A DNA stretch of 64,000 nt from Octopus sinensis (GCF_006345805.1 NC_042997.1:65472001-65536000); one strand, 5' to 3'; positions 1 to 13,667 are shown, counted from the stretch's first letter. Notes: generated from the letters alone by a model not told the origin. Numbers and translations are program-made.

Positions 1-575
1 CTGCCCTGACTACTACTGACTATCCTATCTACGAACATGTGCAAAAACACACAACCATACACATGTCACTATAACTGCTGACCTCTCACTACGACATTTA
101 AAGACACACACAGATCCCTCGCATAAACACATGTAAACAGTTCATACTACACACACCACACACACACACACATACACACACACAGTTACCACCACACGCG
201 CCCACGCTACCACGCACACACACGTGCACAGAGTTACTGCCATATAAACACACCCTACCATACACATACAAGGTATCACACACATGCCTCTACCACCACA
301 CGGACACACACACTCAGTTACTGCCACGCACACATTTAGTTATTGCCACACACACATGGGGTCAAATTCACACACATACGTTATCACACACATACACACG
401 CTAAAACGCATACACACGTGCATACACAGAGATACCAACAATTCTTCACACTCTCCTGTCCGAGAAAGCACTTTCTCTTTGTCCATCTACTCCGGTCATT
501 CTAAAGTGTATCTACACGTGGACTGTTTGCGACTTTTCCCTCCTTCCTTTTCTGTTAGACTCCCCTATGTTTTAT
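1..575 (+). mobile_element. Probable 3' tail of a PLE starting left of the window
   Basis: CA-rich tract followed by a C/T-rich terminus ending ...ctcccctat next to TA-rich sequence, like the PLE end at 11060-11150; no coding part in the window. Confidence 0.3.
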
Positions 576-688
576 ATATTATGTGTGTGTGAGTACATGC
601 GTCATATGCGTATGCATTTATAACATATATATATTATATATATTATATGTATGCGTGTGTGAATATCATACATGTGCAAACAGAAAAA

Positions 689-723
689 ATAGATAGATAG
701 ATTGATAGAAAAATAGATAGATA

Positions 724-805
<82 letters not shown>

Positions 806-882
806 TGAAGCATATATTAGTATATATATATATAATATATATATATATATATTATATATATATAATATATATATATATATAT
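689..882. repeat. (ATAG)n followed by (TA)n microsatellite
   Basis: Direct reading. Confidence 0.95.
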
Positions 883-1359
883 GCATTTGTAATGTTGATT
901 GTTTGTATTAAATGCGCACAAAACTGTACTTATTATTTACCTCCTGATAAAAGATTGTATAGTATTTATACTGGGAAACGCCAATCAAGTATTACACAAA
1001 GCTCATGCTACTGTCTCTCAAAATTTCAAAATGGTGAAAGAAGTAGTAAAACAAGCAGTCGAAATTAAATAGTAGCGTCTATCACATCCTCCCTCTCCAC
1101 TCTCTCTTTCTCTCTCTCCCTCTTTCTTTTTTCTCTCTTTCTCACATCATATTTTCCCATCTCTCTCTGTCTTTCTCTCTCTCTTCCTCTCTCTACATGA
1201 AAGTAGAAGACAGCCATGTAATAAAAGGAATAATGAAAAGAGCCATAAAGACGGAGATAGTAAAGAAAGTGTGCTAACAGCGTCGGCACATTTCCATGAC
1301 GTCAAATTACTGTGTTCCTCCCTTCTTCAGTCTCGTTTCAATATTTCTCTGCTTCCTAG

Positions 1360-1570
1360 GGCGGTTAGCTGACAGAATCGTTATCATGCCGGACAAAATG
1401 CTTACGGCATTTTGTCCACATTTATGTTCTGATTTGAAATTCCACGGAGGTCGACTTTTCCATTCATCATTTTGAAGATCGATAAAATAAGTACCAGTTG
1501 AGCAAAGGCGTCGAGGTATTCGACTTACGCTCTTTACCGAAATTACTGACTTTGTGTCAAAATTTGAAAC
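1360..1570 (+). mobile_element. SINE type B (Meta/MESC-like core), degenerate
   Basis: GAGGTCGACTTT...ATCGATAAAATAAGTACCAG core shared with 16506-16901 and 40789-41195. Confidence 0.75.
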
Positions 1571-1590
1571 TAATATTTATATCTGTCCTA

Positions 1591-1805
1591 AGGTAGCGAA
1601 CGGGCGGAATTGTTACCGAGCCGGACAAAACTTATAGCACCAATCTTCCCTAGTTTGCGGTCTGAGTTCAAATTCCGCCAGGATCGACTTTGCTTTCATC
1701 CTTTCGAGATCGAAAAAATAAATACCAGCTCAGCAATGGGATTGGTGTAATTGACTTAACCCCTTCCCCGAAAGTGCTCGCCTTGTGCCAAATCTTAAAA
1801 CCAAT
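1591..1805 (+). mobile_element. SINE type B, degenerate second copy
   Basis: TCTGAGTTCAAATTCCGCC...GACTTTGCTTTCATCCTTTCG core. Confidence 0.75.
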
Positions 1806-2479
1806 ATTTCTTTCTTTCCCTCTCACCCTCTGACATATTAGAAAAGAGAAAACGGAGACTGAGAACCTCACATGTATACAGAAACATATTGAGGAAGTGA
1901 TGAAAACTGTCCGAAAATGGGATTAATGGCGATTCCCTGTTAGAACAATTTTTTGGAGTCAAGTGAGAGCAATTTTTTCCATATTTCATAAAATGCACAG
2001 CTTGAGAAATGTTTAGAAATTTATATTCATATCAACATTAAACAATATACCTGCGTAAGTTCATACAGTAGATGCCTCGAAATCCCTAACGAAGGGTATT
2101 TTGAGGAATTGATTCAAATGTCTCTCTACATTCAGAGGTATATTTTTATATATACAAGTTTTACCAAGCAAAACAGAACATCAAATACACACCAACTCTG
2201 TGATGCAAACAACTTCCGTGACTTTCTCAAACATTTCATAATGAATTTCAGTCTGGTTGGAAAGTCACGTCGATTTCAAGCCAAGGACAATTGTGGTTCT
2301 ATTTGATTATTGTGGATTCTCATTACACTCAGGATTCGCTTGAATTCATCATACCAGTTCATAAAATAACAATTATATAACTTAGTTAGGTGCGAGCATA
2401 GCTCTTTGCTTAGATTTACTCGCAGTAGTATGGTTCAGCGTTTTTATTGTGTTATGTTAAATTCTATGTAAACATTTCT

Positions 2480-3062
2480 ACTACTTCTTCTACTGCTTGT
2501 ATTGCGTCAACGTTGACTGTTCTTGTTCAGAAATGTTTTCCTGCAGGGTCGCAAGGCTGGCTCTTGATTTACAGTAGTGTTGACTTCTGCTGTAGGTAAA
2601 GCTACTTGAAATGATGGAGAATTGATGCCTCTCATTTTCTCTTTCGTATTCTCTCTGTTGGGTGAGATTACGAGCTTCAGCCATCAGTGCCATTCATTGC
2701 AGCGCAAAACCTTCTCCTCCCAGATACCTAGGGGAGATTTTGGAGTTCTTCATATGTCTCTTCAGCACATCTCGTTATCGCACCCTCTGGCAGTCACGAC
2801 TCCGTCTGCTCCGACTGAGTTCAGCATAGAAAGCTACCTCTGAGAGTCGGCCACCTTCCGTCATGCAAATTGATCTCCGCCCTACCCAGCTCAGCTGCGA
2901 TGATGTAATGAGGGCCGCCACACTGACTGTGCCAGCACGACGGAGAACGTCTGCATGAGGAACGCGATCCTACTATCTGATGTGCAAGATGGGGCGCAGA
3001 TGACGAAGATGAACTTGTGCCAGGACCTGCAGCAGGGAGGCATGCATGCCGTGACATTGAGG
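2480..3062 (-). mobile_element. RTE-clade (BovB-like) LINE 3' fragment, decayed
   Basis: Minus strand reads HLRHLRPILHIR**DRVPHADVLRRAGTVSVAALITSSQLSWVGRSICM...FYAELS...RDVLKRHMKNSKISP, then WEEKVLRCNEW in a shifted frame; matches the RTE post-RT C-terminus. Confidence 0.85.
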
Positions 3063-3570
3063 AGGCAAGGAAGAAAATTTTGGAATTCTACAGTTCTATC
3101 TTCGAGTTGCGAGTAATATTTTGACAGCTCTATAGACGCTTCTCGAAAGAACTAAAAGCATTGTTATTGAAGTGTAAGCTAGCCTAAATTTCATTATAAG
3201 GGTGAGATACAAAGCTTCTGAAACAACAACAACGACAATTTAGTAACAAGTCAAGAAATTTAAATGGAGATAGTTAATCTAATAATCTCCTAGATATGAT
3301 GGCTACTATAGAAATATGAATACAGAAAGTAAGCTAACTTAACTGATTACTGTAATTAAACATTTATTTTCTACAATTATGTTCAAGGATAATAAATTAT
3401 GAAGTGCAATATTTATTTAGATTTAGGTATTTTTTAAGTGTATCCTAAATATTCATTCCGTAATACTTTCGGATATCATAAGGGGATCAAATAAAGTTCT
3501 TGTTATACGAGACTAGTATAATAGATTCTAAAGTAAATGACGAACTTTTATATACATATATATGTATAAT

Positions 3571-3948
3571 GGAGGCGCAATGGCCCACTGGTTAGGGCAG
3601 CGGACTCGCGCTCATAGGATAGCGGTTTCGATTCCTGGACCCATCGCTGTGAGAATTTATTGAACGAAAACACCTAAAGCTGCACGAGGCTCCGGTAGGG
3701 TGTGATAGCGAAACCTGGTGTATTCCTTCAGCACAACTTTCTCTCACTCTTTCTCCTCGTTTCTATTGTACCTGTATTTCAAAAGGCCAGCCTTGTCACA
3801 CTCAGTGTCATGCTGAATCTCCCCGAAAATTACTTGGGTACACGTGCCTGTGGAGTGCTCAGCCAATTGCACGTTAATTTCAAAAGCAGGCTGTTCCGTT
3901 CATCGGAACAACTGGAACCCTCATCGTCGTAACCGACGGAGTGCCACG
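3571..3948 (+). mobile_element. SINE type C (tRNA-Arg-like head, conserved GGGTACACGTG central block)
   Basis: A-box/B-box-like head GGAGGCGCAATGGCCC...GGTTTCGATTCC; colinear with 23524-23911 and 28296-28652. Confidence 0.9.
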
Positions 3949-3982
3949 ATATACATATATACATACACACACACACACACAC

Positions 3983-4035
<53 letters not shown>

Positions 4036-4049
4036 TGGGGTTTCTGACC

Positions 4050-4649
4050 ACCGGCCAAGTATACGTGTGAAGACAGCCAAAAGAGGAATTTTCCCAGACT
4101 GCCTTTTTCCAACTGTTAAACATGGTGGAGGATCTGTGATGATCTGGGTTGGGGCTATATCTTGTAAATCTGCCGGTCCAGTGGTTTCCCTTCACGGCAG
4201 AGACTATTTAAGACTATTTAAGACTATTTAAGACTATTTAAGTAGTTTATCTTATCAAATTCATCCTATGGTTGCGGAACTGCTTCAGGAGGGAAAGGTA
4301 GTCTCTCCAGATGATAATGCACCAATCCACACAGCTAAAGTTGTTACTGAATGGCACGAGGAATATTCTAGTGAAGTTGAACTGCTTCTCTGGCCACCAA
4401 AGTCCCCAGATCTCAATATTATTGAACATTGATGGTGCATTATAGAAAAACAAGTAAGGAGTCGATATCCTCCACATCATCATTACAGAAACTGGAGACT
4501 GTTTTAGATGAAAAATGGACAAAATGTACGAGTTCAATTCGTACAATTCGTAGGATTCAAGCTGTAATTACCACCGAAGGCGCACCCCCCCATGTTAAAA
4601 TAAATTTGTTTGAAATTTTAAGGTGTTTCTATTATTTTGTTCAATCTCC

Positions 4650-4650
<1 letters not shown>
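4050..4650 (+). mobile_element. Tc1-like transposase 3' fragment (pseudogene)
   Basis: PTVKHGGGSVMIW, DDNAPIHTAK and WPPKSPDLNIIEH motifs with frameshifts and stops; ends at TA/(TA)n. Confidence 0.9.
4201..4242. repeat. 10-bp unit AGACTATTTA x4
   Basis: Direct reading; lies inside the Tc1 remnant. Confidence 0.95.
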
Positions 4651-4707
<57 letters not shown>

Positions 4708-4874
4708 TATATATATTCGACGGTGTCAGTTAGAATATACAGCCGGTTATTGATAATTTGGTTACTCGTTTCTTCGTTTCTTGAAAAAAGATTAACATTA
4801 GTCATTTAGTATCAAGAGTAATGAATCCTAGAGGTTTTCGCTAAATATAACTCGAATATTGCTGTCAAGAAAGA

Positions 4875-5080
4875 GGGCGTGGTAGCAGAATCGTTAGCAC
4901 GCCGGCTGAAATGATTTGCAGCATTTCGTCTCTCTTCAGTTTCTGAGTTCAAATTCCACCGAGGTCGACTTTGCTGTTCATCCTTGGGGTCGATAAAATA
5001 TGTAACACTTGAGTATTAGAGTAGTGATAGACTTACCCACTGCCCTAAAATGTGTGGCCTCGTGCCAAAATTTGAATCTA
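4875..5080 (+). mobile_element. SINE type B
   Basis: GCAGAATCGTTAGCACGCCGG head and GAGGTCGACTTTGC core. Confidence 0.8.
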
Positions 5081-6908
5081 TATTAGCATCAAGAATCTCT
5101 GTTTTTTAATATAGTATATGAATTGTATGTCTACAGTTGGCTCTTTTTTAACCACATATCAACTTTGAACATATAGGAATATGATCAATGAACATGATCA
5201 ATTTTATGACCATTTCATCCTTTTAAATGAGAATGTCTATATTATCTTATATGTCCTTCTTCCTGTTCAATGGAAAACTGACTTCTATTTCTAGCATTCT
5301 GAAAAACTGCACAAAAGTCCGTTTGATGGTTCGTGACTGCAGCAGATATCCCGCTGTTGTTGAATTGACTTTGGAAAATACATTTGTCTCCACTTATATT
5401 TCAGTCGAGGGACTGGCACATAGCTATTGTGTATTGCGCTTGTGTTATCTGAAACAAAGATGTTAAGCGGATGCAAACGAACTGGGAAACGGAAATATTA
5501 TTATCTATCCAGACATTTTTAGACATAACACTACTTAGCTTTACTTAGGGAAATGTATTTAAGATATTGCTATACTGGAGACGCAAAAGAGGCGGAATCA
5601 GTAAGAAACTACTTCATAAAACAGATATATCGAACGCGAACCGGGACTTTTGTTAGATTCTCATTAGTAACAGCCCCACCATACAGTAACATAAAGTAAC
5701 ATATATTGCTACAGTACACGGAGTCAATGTTAATAAGCCTTGCAGAGCCATTTGATATGAAGATATGTTTGGTAGTAACAAGCCTAGCAGTAAACATAAC
5801 AGTGACTTTGTAATTACTTATAACAGTATCATAGTAATTTAATGAAGGTTGATTTGTTTTCGAAATTCAGTATCAGATGTGAGTTACAAACTTGCATTGA
5901 AGAAAGAAGATCTAGTTCTCTGATAATACAGTAACGAGTGGATGTAGCATTGCTATCATGTGCAAGTATCGATTTCTGAAATATAAACACATTTTGCTTT
6001 TTTTACTGCCAAAAGAAAATGACGATATTGTGTGATATCTGAATCATTTCCAGAACCATTAAGGAAGTAACTGCAAAGGAATACCAACAACTAACAATCA
6101 GCTGTCAGCGACCCAGAAGCTAATTTTTACTAAAGCGATATCTCGCCATAAATTTAACTGAAATATTTCCAGAATATTTTTCATGAGTGAAACTCAAAGT
6201 ATGGATATTTTAGGTCACAATATTTTTCAAGTACAAATAAATGTTATTTTACAACACAACTGGAATGTTATTCGAGGTTAGACATATTTTCTCATCCTTT
6301 TTTGCTTTCAAATAATCTTAGTATAACAAAGCCGGGCTCTCCTTTGAGTCATGATTGTTGTTATTTCATTAAAAATTATATATTTCCATTGTGAAAATGA
6401 ATTATAGACCCAGCAGCAGATCAGCTTTACTCTAAAATTAATGATCTTTTATTAACTCGGCCCTAGCAAAGTCATCAGAAAGGAATCCCGATATCTTCAG
6501 CAAAGCATGGTACGCTTCAGAATGACCCAAGCTGTAAACAGAGAACGTTGTCTCCTGCCTGAGGTGATAATGCATCCAATCACTTTGTCACCCTTCAAAG
6601 AAGTTGTACAGAAAAAGAAACATTTAATATATCCACTTTAATTTGGGAAAGAATTGACGGGAAAAAACTAACAGTTTTTGTCTATCTCAATTATCGACTA
6701 TGCATGCAGTAGTGAGTGACTCATGTCACATGACATCAGTATAAAGTGATAAAGCAAAATTATTTATGCCAGCAATATATTGAATTATTTGAAACTTTTA
6801 ATATATGTTTGTATGTGCGTGCGTACGTGCGTGCTTGTGTGTGTGTGTGTGTGTGTGTTGTGTGTGTGTGTGTGCGTGTGTGTAGGCGCGCTTCTACTAC
6901 AATTATAA

Positions 6909-7281
6909 CTCTTTACTCTTTTTACTCTTTTACTTGTTTCAGTCACCTGACTGCGGCCATGCTGGAGCACCACCTTTTAGTACTTATTCTATCGGTCTCT
7001 TTTTGCCGAACCGCTAAGCGACGGGGACCTAAACACACCAGCATCGGTTGTCAAGCAATGCTAGGGTGACAAACACAGACACACAAACACATACACACAT
7101 ATATATACATATATACGACAGGCTTCTTTCAGTTTCCGTCTACCAAATCCACTCACAAGGCATTGGTCGGCCCGGGGCTATAGCAGAAGACACTTACCCA
7201 AGGTGCCACGCAGTGGGACTGAACCCGGAACCATGTGGCTGGTTAGCAAGCTACTTACCACACAGCCACTACTGCGCCTAT
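6909..7281 (-). mobile_element. SINE type A (tRNA head, CORE-like block, internal microsatellite)
   Basis: Reverse complement of the 40293-40700 pattern, including the TGACTGAAACAAGTAAAAGAG tail. Confidence 0.9.
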
Positions 7282-7715
7282 AAGTAAATTATTTACAAAC
7301 AATACTGCATGGAACAACGTCGAATAAAACATATTCCAGTAACGCTATCTTTAGTTCATTTTAAAGTAATTGGTGGTGATTACTTTCGCGGCAGGAATAG
7401 CCACGGAAGAAAATTATCCAGGTAGTACATACACATTTTATTTTCGGCTGGGAGTGACGTCATTAGACTATAGGACTCATACGTTTCTGCGTATTTCCGC
7501 TTCGTCAGCAATGAAAAGCATCTCATCACCTAGAGCCTGATAAGTATAACGTTATACTTATAAAAACAGCAAACTGAATTATTGATGATGACAAGCTAGA
7601 ATCAACTAAATAAAGCGCAAGAAACAACGTTGAAGAAGAGATATTCCTACAAATAAATGTCTTGTACGTTCGAGTGTAATAAGATGTGATAAGACCTTTT
7701 GCCGCAGTAATAACC

Positions 7716-8049
7716 CCAAGTGATACATTTTCCATACAGACTTGAGAAAATACATACTCTATTTTGGACTGTGAGTACATCGTTCCGCTTCCTCAGCTGC
7801 ATATTTTTACAAAGGCTATTCCTGCGTTGGTAAGAATATCATGAAAATAATGAGAATTGGGGGGTAAGTAAAAATACATTTTCCAAGTGATACATTTTCC
7901 ATACAGACTTGAGAAAATACATACTCTATTTTGGACTGTGAGTACATCGTTCCGCTTCCTCAGCTGCATATTTTTACAAAGGCTATTCCTGCGTTGGTAA
8001 GAATATCATGAAAATAATGAGATTTGGGGGGTAAGTAAAAATACATTTT
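7716..8049. repeat. 167-bp tandem duplication (7716-7882, 7883-8049)
   Basis: Both copies start CCAAGTGATACATTTTCC and end GTAAGTAAAAATACATTTT; one substitution seen. Confidence 0.95.
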
Positions 8050-8744
8050 TCATTCAGATAAGATAAATGTAACAATAACATATTTTAACTGATTAAACGA
8101 ATATTAACCAGCAGGTGTATTTTATTTCTGCAGTGAAATTTTAAATTTTGAATGAATAAATTCAACCTTATAAAAATTGAAGATAAGAACAAAATATAAC
8201 ACTTTACATTTTATACTATGCATTACGCAACTTTTCTATCACAAAATTCACCTATAAATCCTCATAAGTGAAAGTAAATATAAGACTCGTAAATCTATAT
8301 ATACAGTAAAGAGTTTCTTTCTTCTTTTTCCAGTAATTCATGTGTTCATTCAATTGAAATGAATAATGAATATATATCTTTTAAAGTTTCTTCGATTAAT
8401 ATTTGAATTTTACACAGTGCATCTATAAATGCTGAGGCATGATCTTTGAATACGTCGTCACTAAGAGGTTGGAAAGAATATCCATATCTTAATGTTTATA
8501 GAAATCAAACAATGTATAGTAATGCAATAAACTATTAAAATACCGTTTGTAAAGAAGAGACTGGTGGCAGAGAAATATAAAGTGGAAACAAAATCAGGGA
8601 TAATTCGGCGAAATAAGAGAAACAACATTGATATGTTGAAAAACAGTACATATTCTAATTTAAAAAAGGGACAAATATTAAGCACGTCTAAAAATTCACA
8701 GATTATGGAAGACAATATTTGTTACATTTACAGCAACTAGCTAC

Positions 8745-8965
8745 GTAATAATCCTTTCTAATATAGGCACAAAGCCTGGAATTTTATGGACAGGTACTAG
8801 TCAATTACATCAATTAACATGATCAAGTGTTACTTATTATATCGATACCAGAAGGAGGAAAAGCAAGGACGACGTCAGTTGAATTTGAACTCAGAACCAT
8901 AACACGCAATAGACGCCGCTATGCAATTTTGTCCAGCGTGCAAACGATTCTACCAGTTTGCAGTC
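8745..8965 (-). mobile_element. SINE type B, degenerate
   Basis: GAATTTGAACTCAGAAC and related blocks in reverse orientation. Confidence 0.6.
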
Positions 8966-8996
8966 TAAACCAGCCACGTAAAAATAACATTGTATA

Positions 8997-9145
8997 TAGG
9001 CAGAGACATGGCTGAGGGGTAAGAATTTTCTTTTCTAACCACATAGTTCTGGGTTCATTATTACCGTATGGCAGCTTGGGCCAGGCTGATCAAAGCCTTA
9101 CAATTACATTTGATTAGATGGAAACTAAAAACGTCCGTCGTATAT
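8997..9145 (+). mobile_element. SINE type A 5' remnant
   Basis: AACCACATAGTTCTGGGTTCA...GATGGAAACTAAAAAC. Confidence 0.55.
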
Positions 9146-9879
9146 ACAAAAGTACAGACCACACCTTAATATACAAATTTGGTCACCTGCTCCTTACAAA
9201 TTCCTTAAAATAATAAAAAATAAAAAGTAAAAACTCAAAATGTGAACATGAATTGTAACACTTTCGCTCAATTTATTGGCCAACATATATATATATATAT
9301 ATATACATATTTCTTTGGCTTATTTAAATTATATTACATTATATTGACCAAGGATTTTCCCTTTGTCTATAATAATTCAATATTGACAAAATGAGGAACT
9401 AGTATTATAAATTACACACAAATATACAGATAAACATACCTCTAGTATATATTATGAACGGAAAGAGACTTTTTGTACATTTCAAACAATTTCAATTTCC
9501 TTTTTCACAATTTTTCAAAATTGCATATATTACTATTTTTTCACATTTCCTGTAGAAATTACGTCTCATATTCAATAAAACTAAGAAGGTAGTTGTACCC
9601 CTTGCCACTTGTTGCCTCTCTTTATCTACTCCCTCCACTCATTACTTCTCCAGGAATCTTAAATGGCATGCTCCATTGTTTCAAGGAATTATCACTTCAC
9701 AATGTCCCTTGAAAAACTAATTTAAACAGCGAAAACCGGTTGGATATCACTACATTTTATGAGACATTTGCCATCCATAAAATATGTATCTATATTTTTT
9801 TTATAAAAAGCTATTAAAACTATGTGAAATGAAGGCGTTTCTCTTCCCCTTTTTTATATATGTTTTCCATACATTTTCA

Positions 9880-11150
9880 CTCCAAATATTCTCAAGTTTG
9901 GCTGGTCCCACTCCGGAACGATACGGTCGTTATATTGACGACTGTATCAATGCGACTTCACTCTCCCGTGAACATCTAGGCTCCTTTCTCTCTTTTGTCA
10001 AATCTTTCCATCCTGCCCGCCATTTCTCCTACACTATCTCTGACCACCCTCCTCACCGGCACCAGTCATCGACCCTATCATATCATCGACTCCTTCATTT
10101 GCACTTCTACCAATATCATCTACTGCATCTCCTGCTCTCTCTGCCCTTCTCTATACATCGGCCAAAGGGACGCCGCTTGGCTGACCGATTCGCGGCACAC
10201 TTGCAAGAAATCCGACTCGGCAATGACATCCCGGTCTCACACCATTTCCGCTCTACCAGTCACTCTTTGCAACACCTGTCTGTGTTCGGATTGTCCTTGC
10301 ACAGAGGCCATCCTGACTGCCGGTTACGACGTGTGCAAGGATTAATCTTCTCTTTTCGCTCCTTTGATCCACATAGACTCAACTCTCGTTTTCTCTTCAT
10401 CTAGCCTCCTCCCCTCTTCTCTTTCACTCTCACACCTACTTCCTCCCACCCACCTCCTCTCTTGCTCCGACTCCTACTTCTTCTCTTCACTCTTACACCC
10501 TTCTCTTCTCTTCATTCCTACCCACCTTTCTCTTCCCCACTCCCTTCATCGTCACCCCTCCCTCGCAACTCCACCCCCACACAAACTAACCGCACCTTCC
10601 CTATCAATCTCATCCCTTACACCCTCTCCCATATACTCCACCTCTACCACCAACCTCAGCCTAACGCTTACCCCTCCCCATCTCCCAACACCATCACACC
10701 ACACCACACACCACTACACCATGGACCACCGTACGACACAACACCACATCTTATCACATCACACCACCAAGCACAATCTAGCACTGACCACTTCCCAGCC
10801 TCACATTCATACACCTAGACATACATACACGCACACTTCAAGGTCACCAGCCCTCTTCCACAAGCGCATACATGCTCTCTTATACACTCGCACGCGCACC
10901 TTCGTTTTGGGATTACCACTACTTTATTATCTCCCCCTTTTTCTAGCTCTCTGTCCGGCATTCACCATCATAGATCGCTAGCCACTACGAATTCTTTATT
11001 TTCTCTGCTTGTTTCTTTCTGTGTTCTTTTCTATGGAAGAGCGTGGGCTCGAAACATTAAAAACTTTTTCACTTCCCGGGCGTTAAACTAATACATCTGT
11101 TTCTTGTCTACACCACCTGTCTCGTCTTTGTTTTTTTGTGAATTCTCCCT
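9880..11150 (+). mobile_element. Neptune-type PLE, 5' truncated and internally deleted (RT core joined to GIY-YIG endonuclease)
   Basis: RYGRYIDDCI RT motif; DSFICTSTNIIYCISCSLCPSLYIGQ and GRRLADRFAAH GIY-YIG motifs; C/T- and CA-rich 3' region; pLTR-like end beside (TA)n. Confidence 0.9.
11031..11060 (+). ncRNA. Degenerate minimal hammerhead motif in PLE terminus
   Basis: CUAUGGA-A-GAGC-GUGG-GCUC-GAAA-CA-UU; stem II and GAAA intact, CUGANGA box mutated. Confidence 0.5.
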
Positions 11151-11176
11151 ATACAAACACACACAAATATATATAT

Positions 11177-11251
<75 letters not shown>

Positions 11252-11339
11252 TTCTCTTCTATTTTTAATCTAAATACTTCCTTTGAGGAAGGATTTGCTT
11301 TCGAACAAAGATACAAAACTCTGTTGTTGCAATGTAGAT

Positions 11340-12290
11340 GACGAAAACAATGTCACATTTTCAACTTAAGAATAGGCTTGCATATTTTTACTGCTCCACT
11401 TACACATCGTATTTGCAATGCACGAGTTAGTGGATTCGTTTGTTTTTCTAAAACTTTCAAGCGTATCCAGACAGTCATTTAGGCATTTATTCACAAACGA
11501 AGTACACCAAATATTATTGTGATAATAGTAAACTGGCAATCTGGATATAGAATCTGGATGTTTCGAAACAGCTGTATATAGTTATTCCCTTTCTGTTTGA
11601 TTTTCAAAGAGATATTCACATCAGCTGGACTGCTAAAGTCAGTGACGATACATATTTTTTCTTGTCTATCCTAAGCAACAATATCCGGCGTGTTTTGCTT
11701 TATACCTGACAGATGTTTTGATGGAAATGTTTAACCAGTATCCCATGTCTTGATATTTGCGTGCATATTCAACGACAGGGGGTTTTCTATAGGCATGCCA
11801 GGCCATACATGATTGCATTTTATTATTTTGTTTCTTTTTGGAGAGACATTGTGTAGCATAGGAAGGTAATTCCTTGATATAATTTTTGGAGAGTTGCTAA
11901 TCACATATGTGATATCTTCAACAGAAATAAGACATAATCTATATTTTCGGTTGCAGCTTTGAATTCCACGGGTTTCACAGTCTCTTTCGTTGATTTGGTA
12001 TTTAGTAGTAATCTCCTACTCTTGGATAGCAAATGCACACACTTCGAAGTTTAATGTAAGGTAACAGTCACAGGTCCAATAGTGTGATGTTAGTCTTGTA
12101 GTTTTAGGATTGTATAGGTGGCCATCAGAAAGAGAGAGCTTCTCAAGAAGCACGCTACCGACATGTAGGATATAGTTTTCTTCAGTTTTCAGTACTAAGT
12201 TAATGTTTTTAGCTCTTTATAACCATCGGAGTGCGAAGAGCTCAGCACGAATGCAAATTCGTGAGGTGATTGTGAGTTGTAAACGGTTTT
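11340..12290 (-). mobile_element. RLE-type non-LTR retrotransposon 3' fragment (R4/Dong-like), decayed
   Basis: Minus strand: degenerate zinc knuckle KYRLCLISVEDITYVISNS (about 11896-11947), then PDIVA*DRQEKICIVTDFSSPADVNISLKIKQKGNNY...IITIIFGVLR (PD-D/ExK RLE); clade assignment is inference. Confidence 0.75.
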
Positions 12291-12587
12291 GAGTTGGAAG
12301 GGGAAAGAAAAGTATTAATACGCAATGCGCATGGGCACATGAAATTGTAAAAACGGAAAAGAAGAAAAGAACGCAATGTGCAAGTCAAAATAAAAAGGGA
12401 GAGGAGAATGAAAACGTAATGTCAAACAAGCAATAGCAAACAATCTCAAACGCAATGTCTGCACGCCACGTCTGACACCACTATTACGCAGCGCTGCTGA
12501 AACTTTCTTGTTTCTGTATCTTTTTGTTTTTGGCAGGTACTGTTCTGTGAGAGCTTATATGACATTTGACATACATACATATAGATT

Positions 12588-12618
<31 letters not shown>

Positions 12619-13555
12619 GTGTGTCTTTATTATTGTTCTTCTCCTATCTCAACATGGCATTCGGCTTTGGTTTGTTTACATCTGCGTAATGCAGCGTTTC
12701 ACCAATGGAAGGATTTGTTCGACTCTGCCCTTCAATGCGGATCTCCAGTATGTCTGCAGTTCTACGAGTGAAACGAGGGAATGCTGAAAGGTAAATATTT
12801 TACCAACTTGCATATTCAACAACAGCAAATTCAAAGCTACAAGGAAAAATTCAAATTATTGCTGTTTACTTCGATGATGTTCATTACAGCTTCAAAGAAG
12901 CAAAATCACGCGTGATATTTGCTGATTGCATGGACAGAGGCCTTGTGAACATTCATTAATCGGGACAGTATCATCCTTCGTTTCGTTTAAATGGCACTTA
13001 ACAAGCCCAGAAATATTGGTAAAATAAATTCCAGGTGAGTACTTTCATCGCCTCTACTGACTAACCTCAACATAATTTAAATTACTATATATCCAATATC
13101 GCGCTACATGTAAATTTTCATCCATATTAGACTTGGAAAATTGCTTGATGTTAAAAGGCACTTTTCTGTTTTAGAATACTAAATTATTTAAACATTACTT
13201 TAAATATTAATAATGTGTATATAACATTCCCCATCCCAAATTACAACCGTGAATAGTGAATCCTGTTGAAAAAAAGTTGCACTATTCGAGAATATTTAAA
13301 CATTTAAAATATTTATGAAAACGTTAATAACGAGCACATAATAATTTCTCATCCTAATCGTAGTAAGAAAACTGAACATTATATCAAATATATATATATA
13401 TTACTATTTTAGTTAAAAATTTCTTTGCTTATACAAATATTAAAAACAAATAAATAACACACGTTTTGCTAGTGATATTATTCATGAAGAATAAATAAAG
13501 CATTCTACTATCTATTACTATTTCTTATAACACCCATTACGCCATGACAATAATC

Positions 13556-13667
<112 letters not shown>

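Noticed and set aside
6465-6510. CUGAAGA and CUGAUGA on the minus strand
   Set aside because: No GAAA or flanking stems
9784-10404. 206-aa ORF as an intact gene
   Set aside because: Chance fusion of AT-rich flank, an RT piece, an off-frame stretch and the endonuclease end
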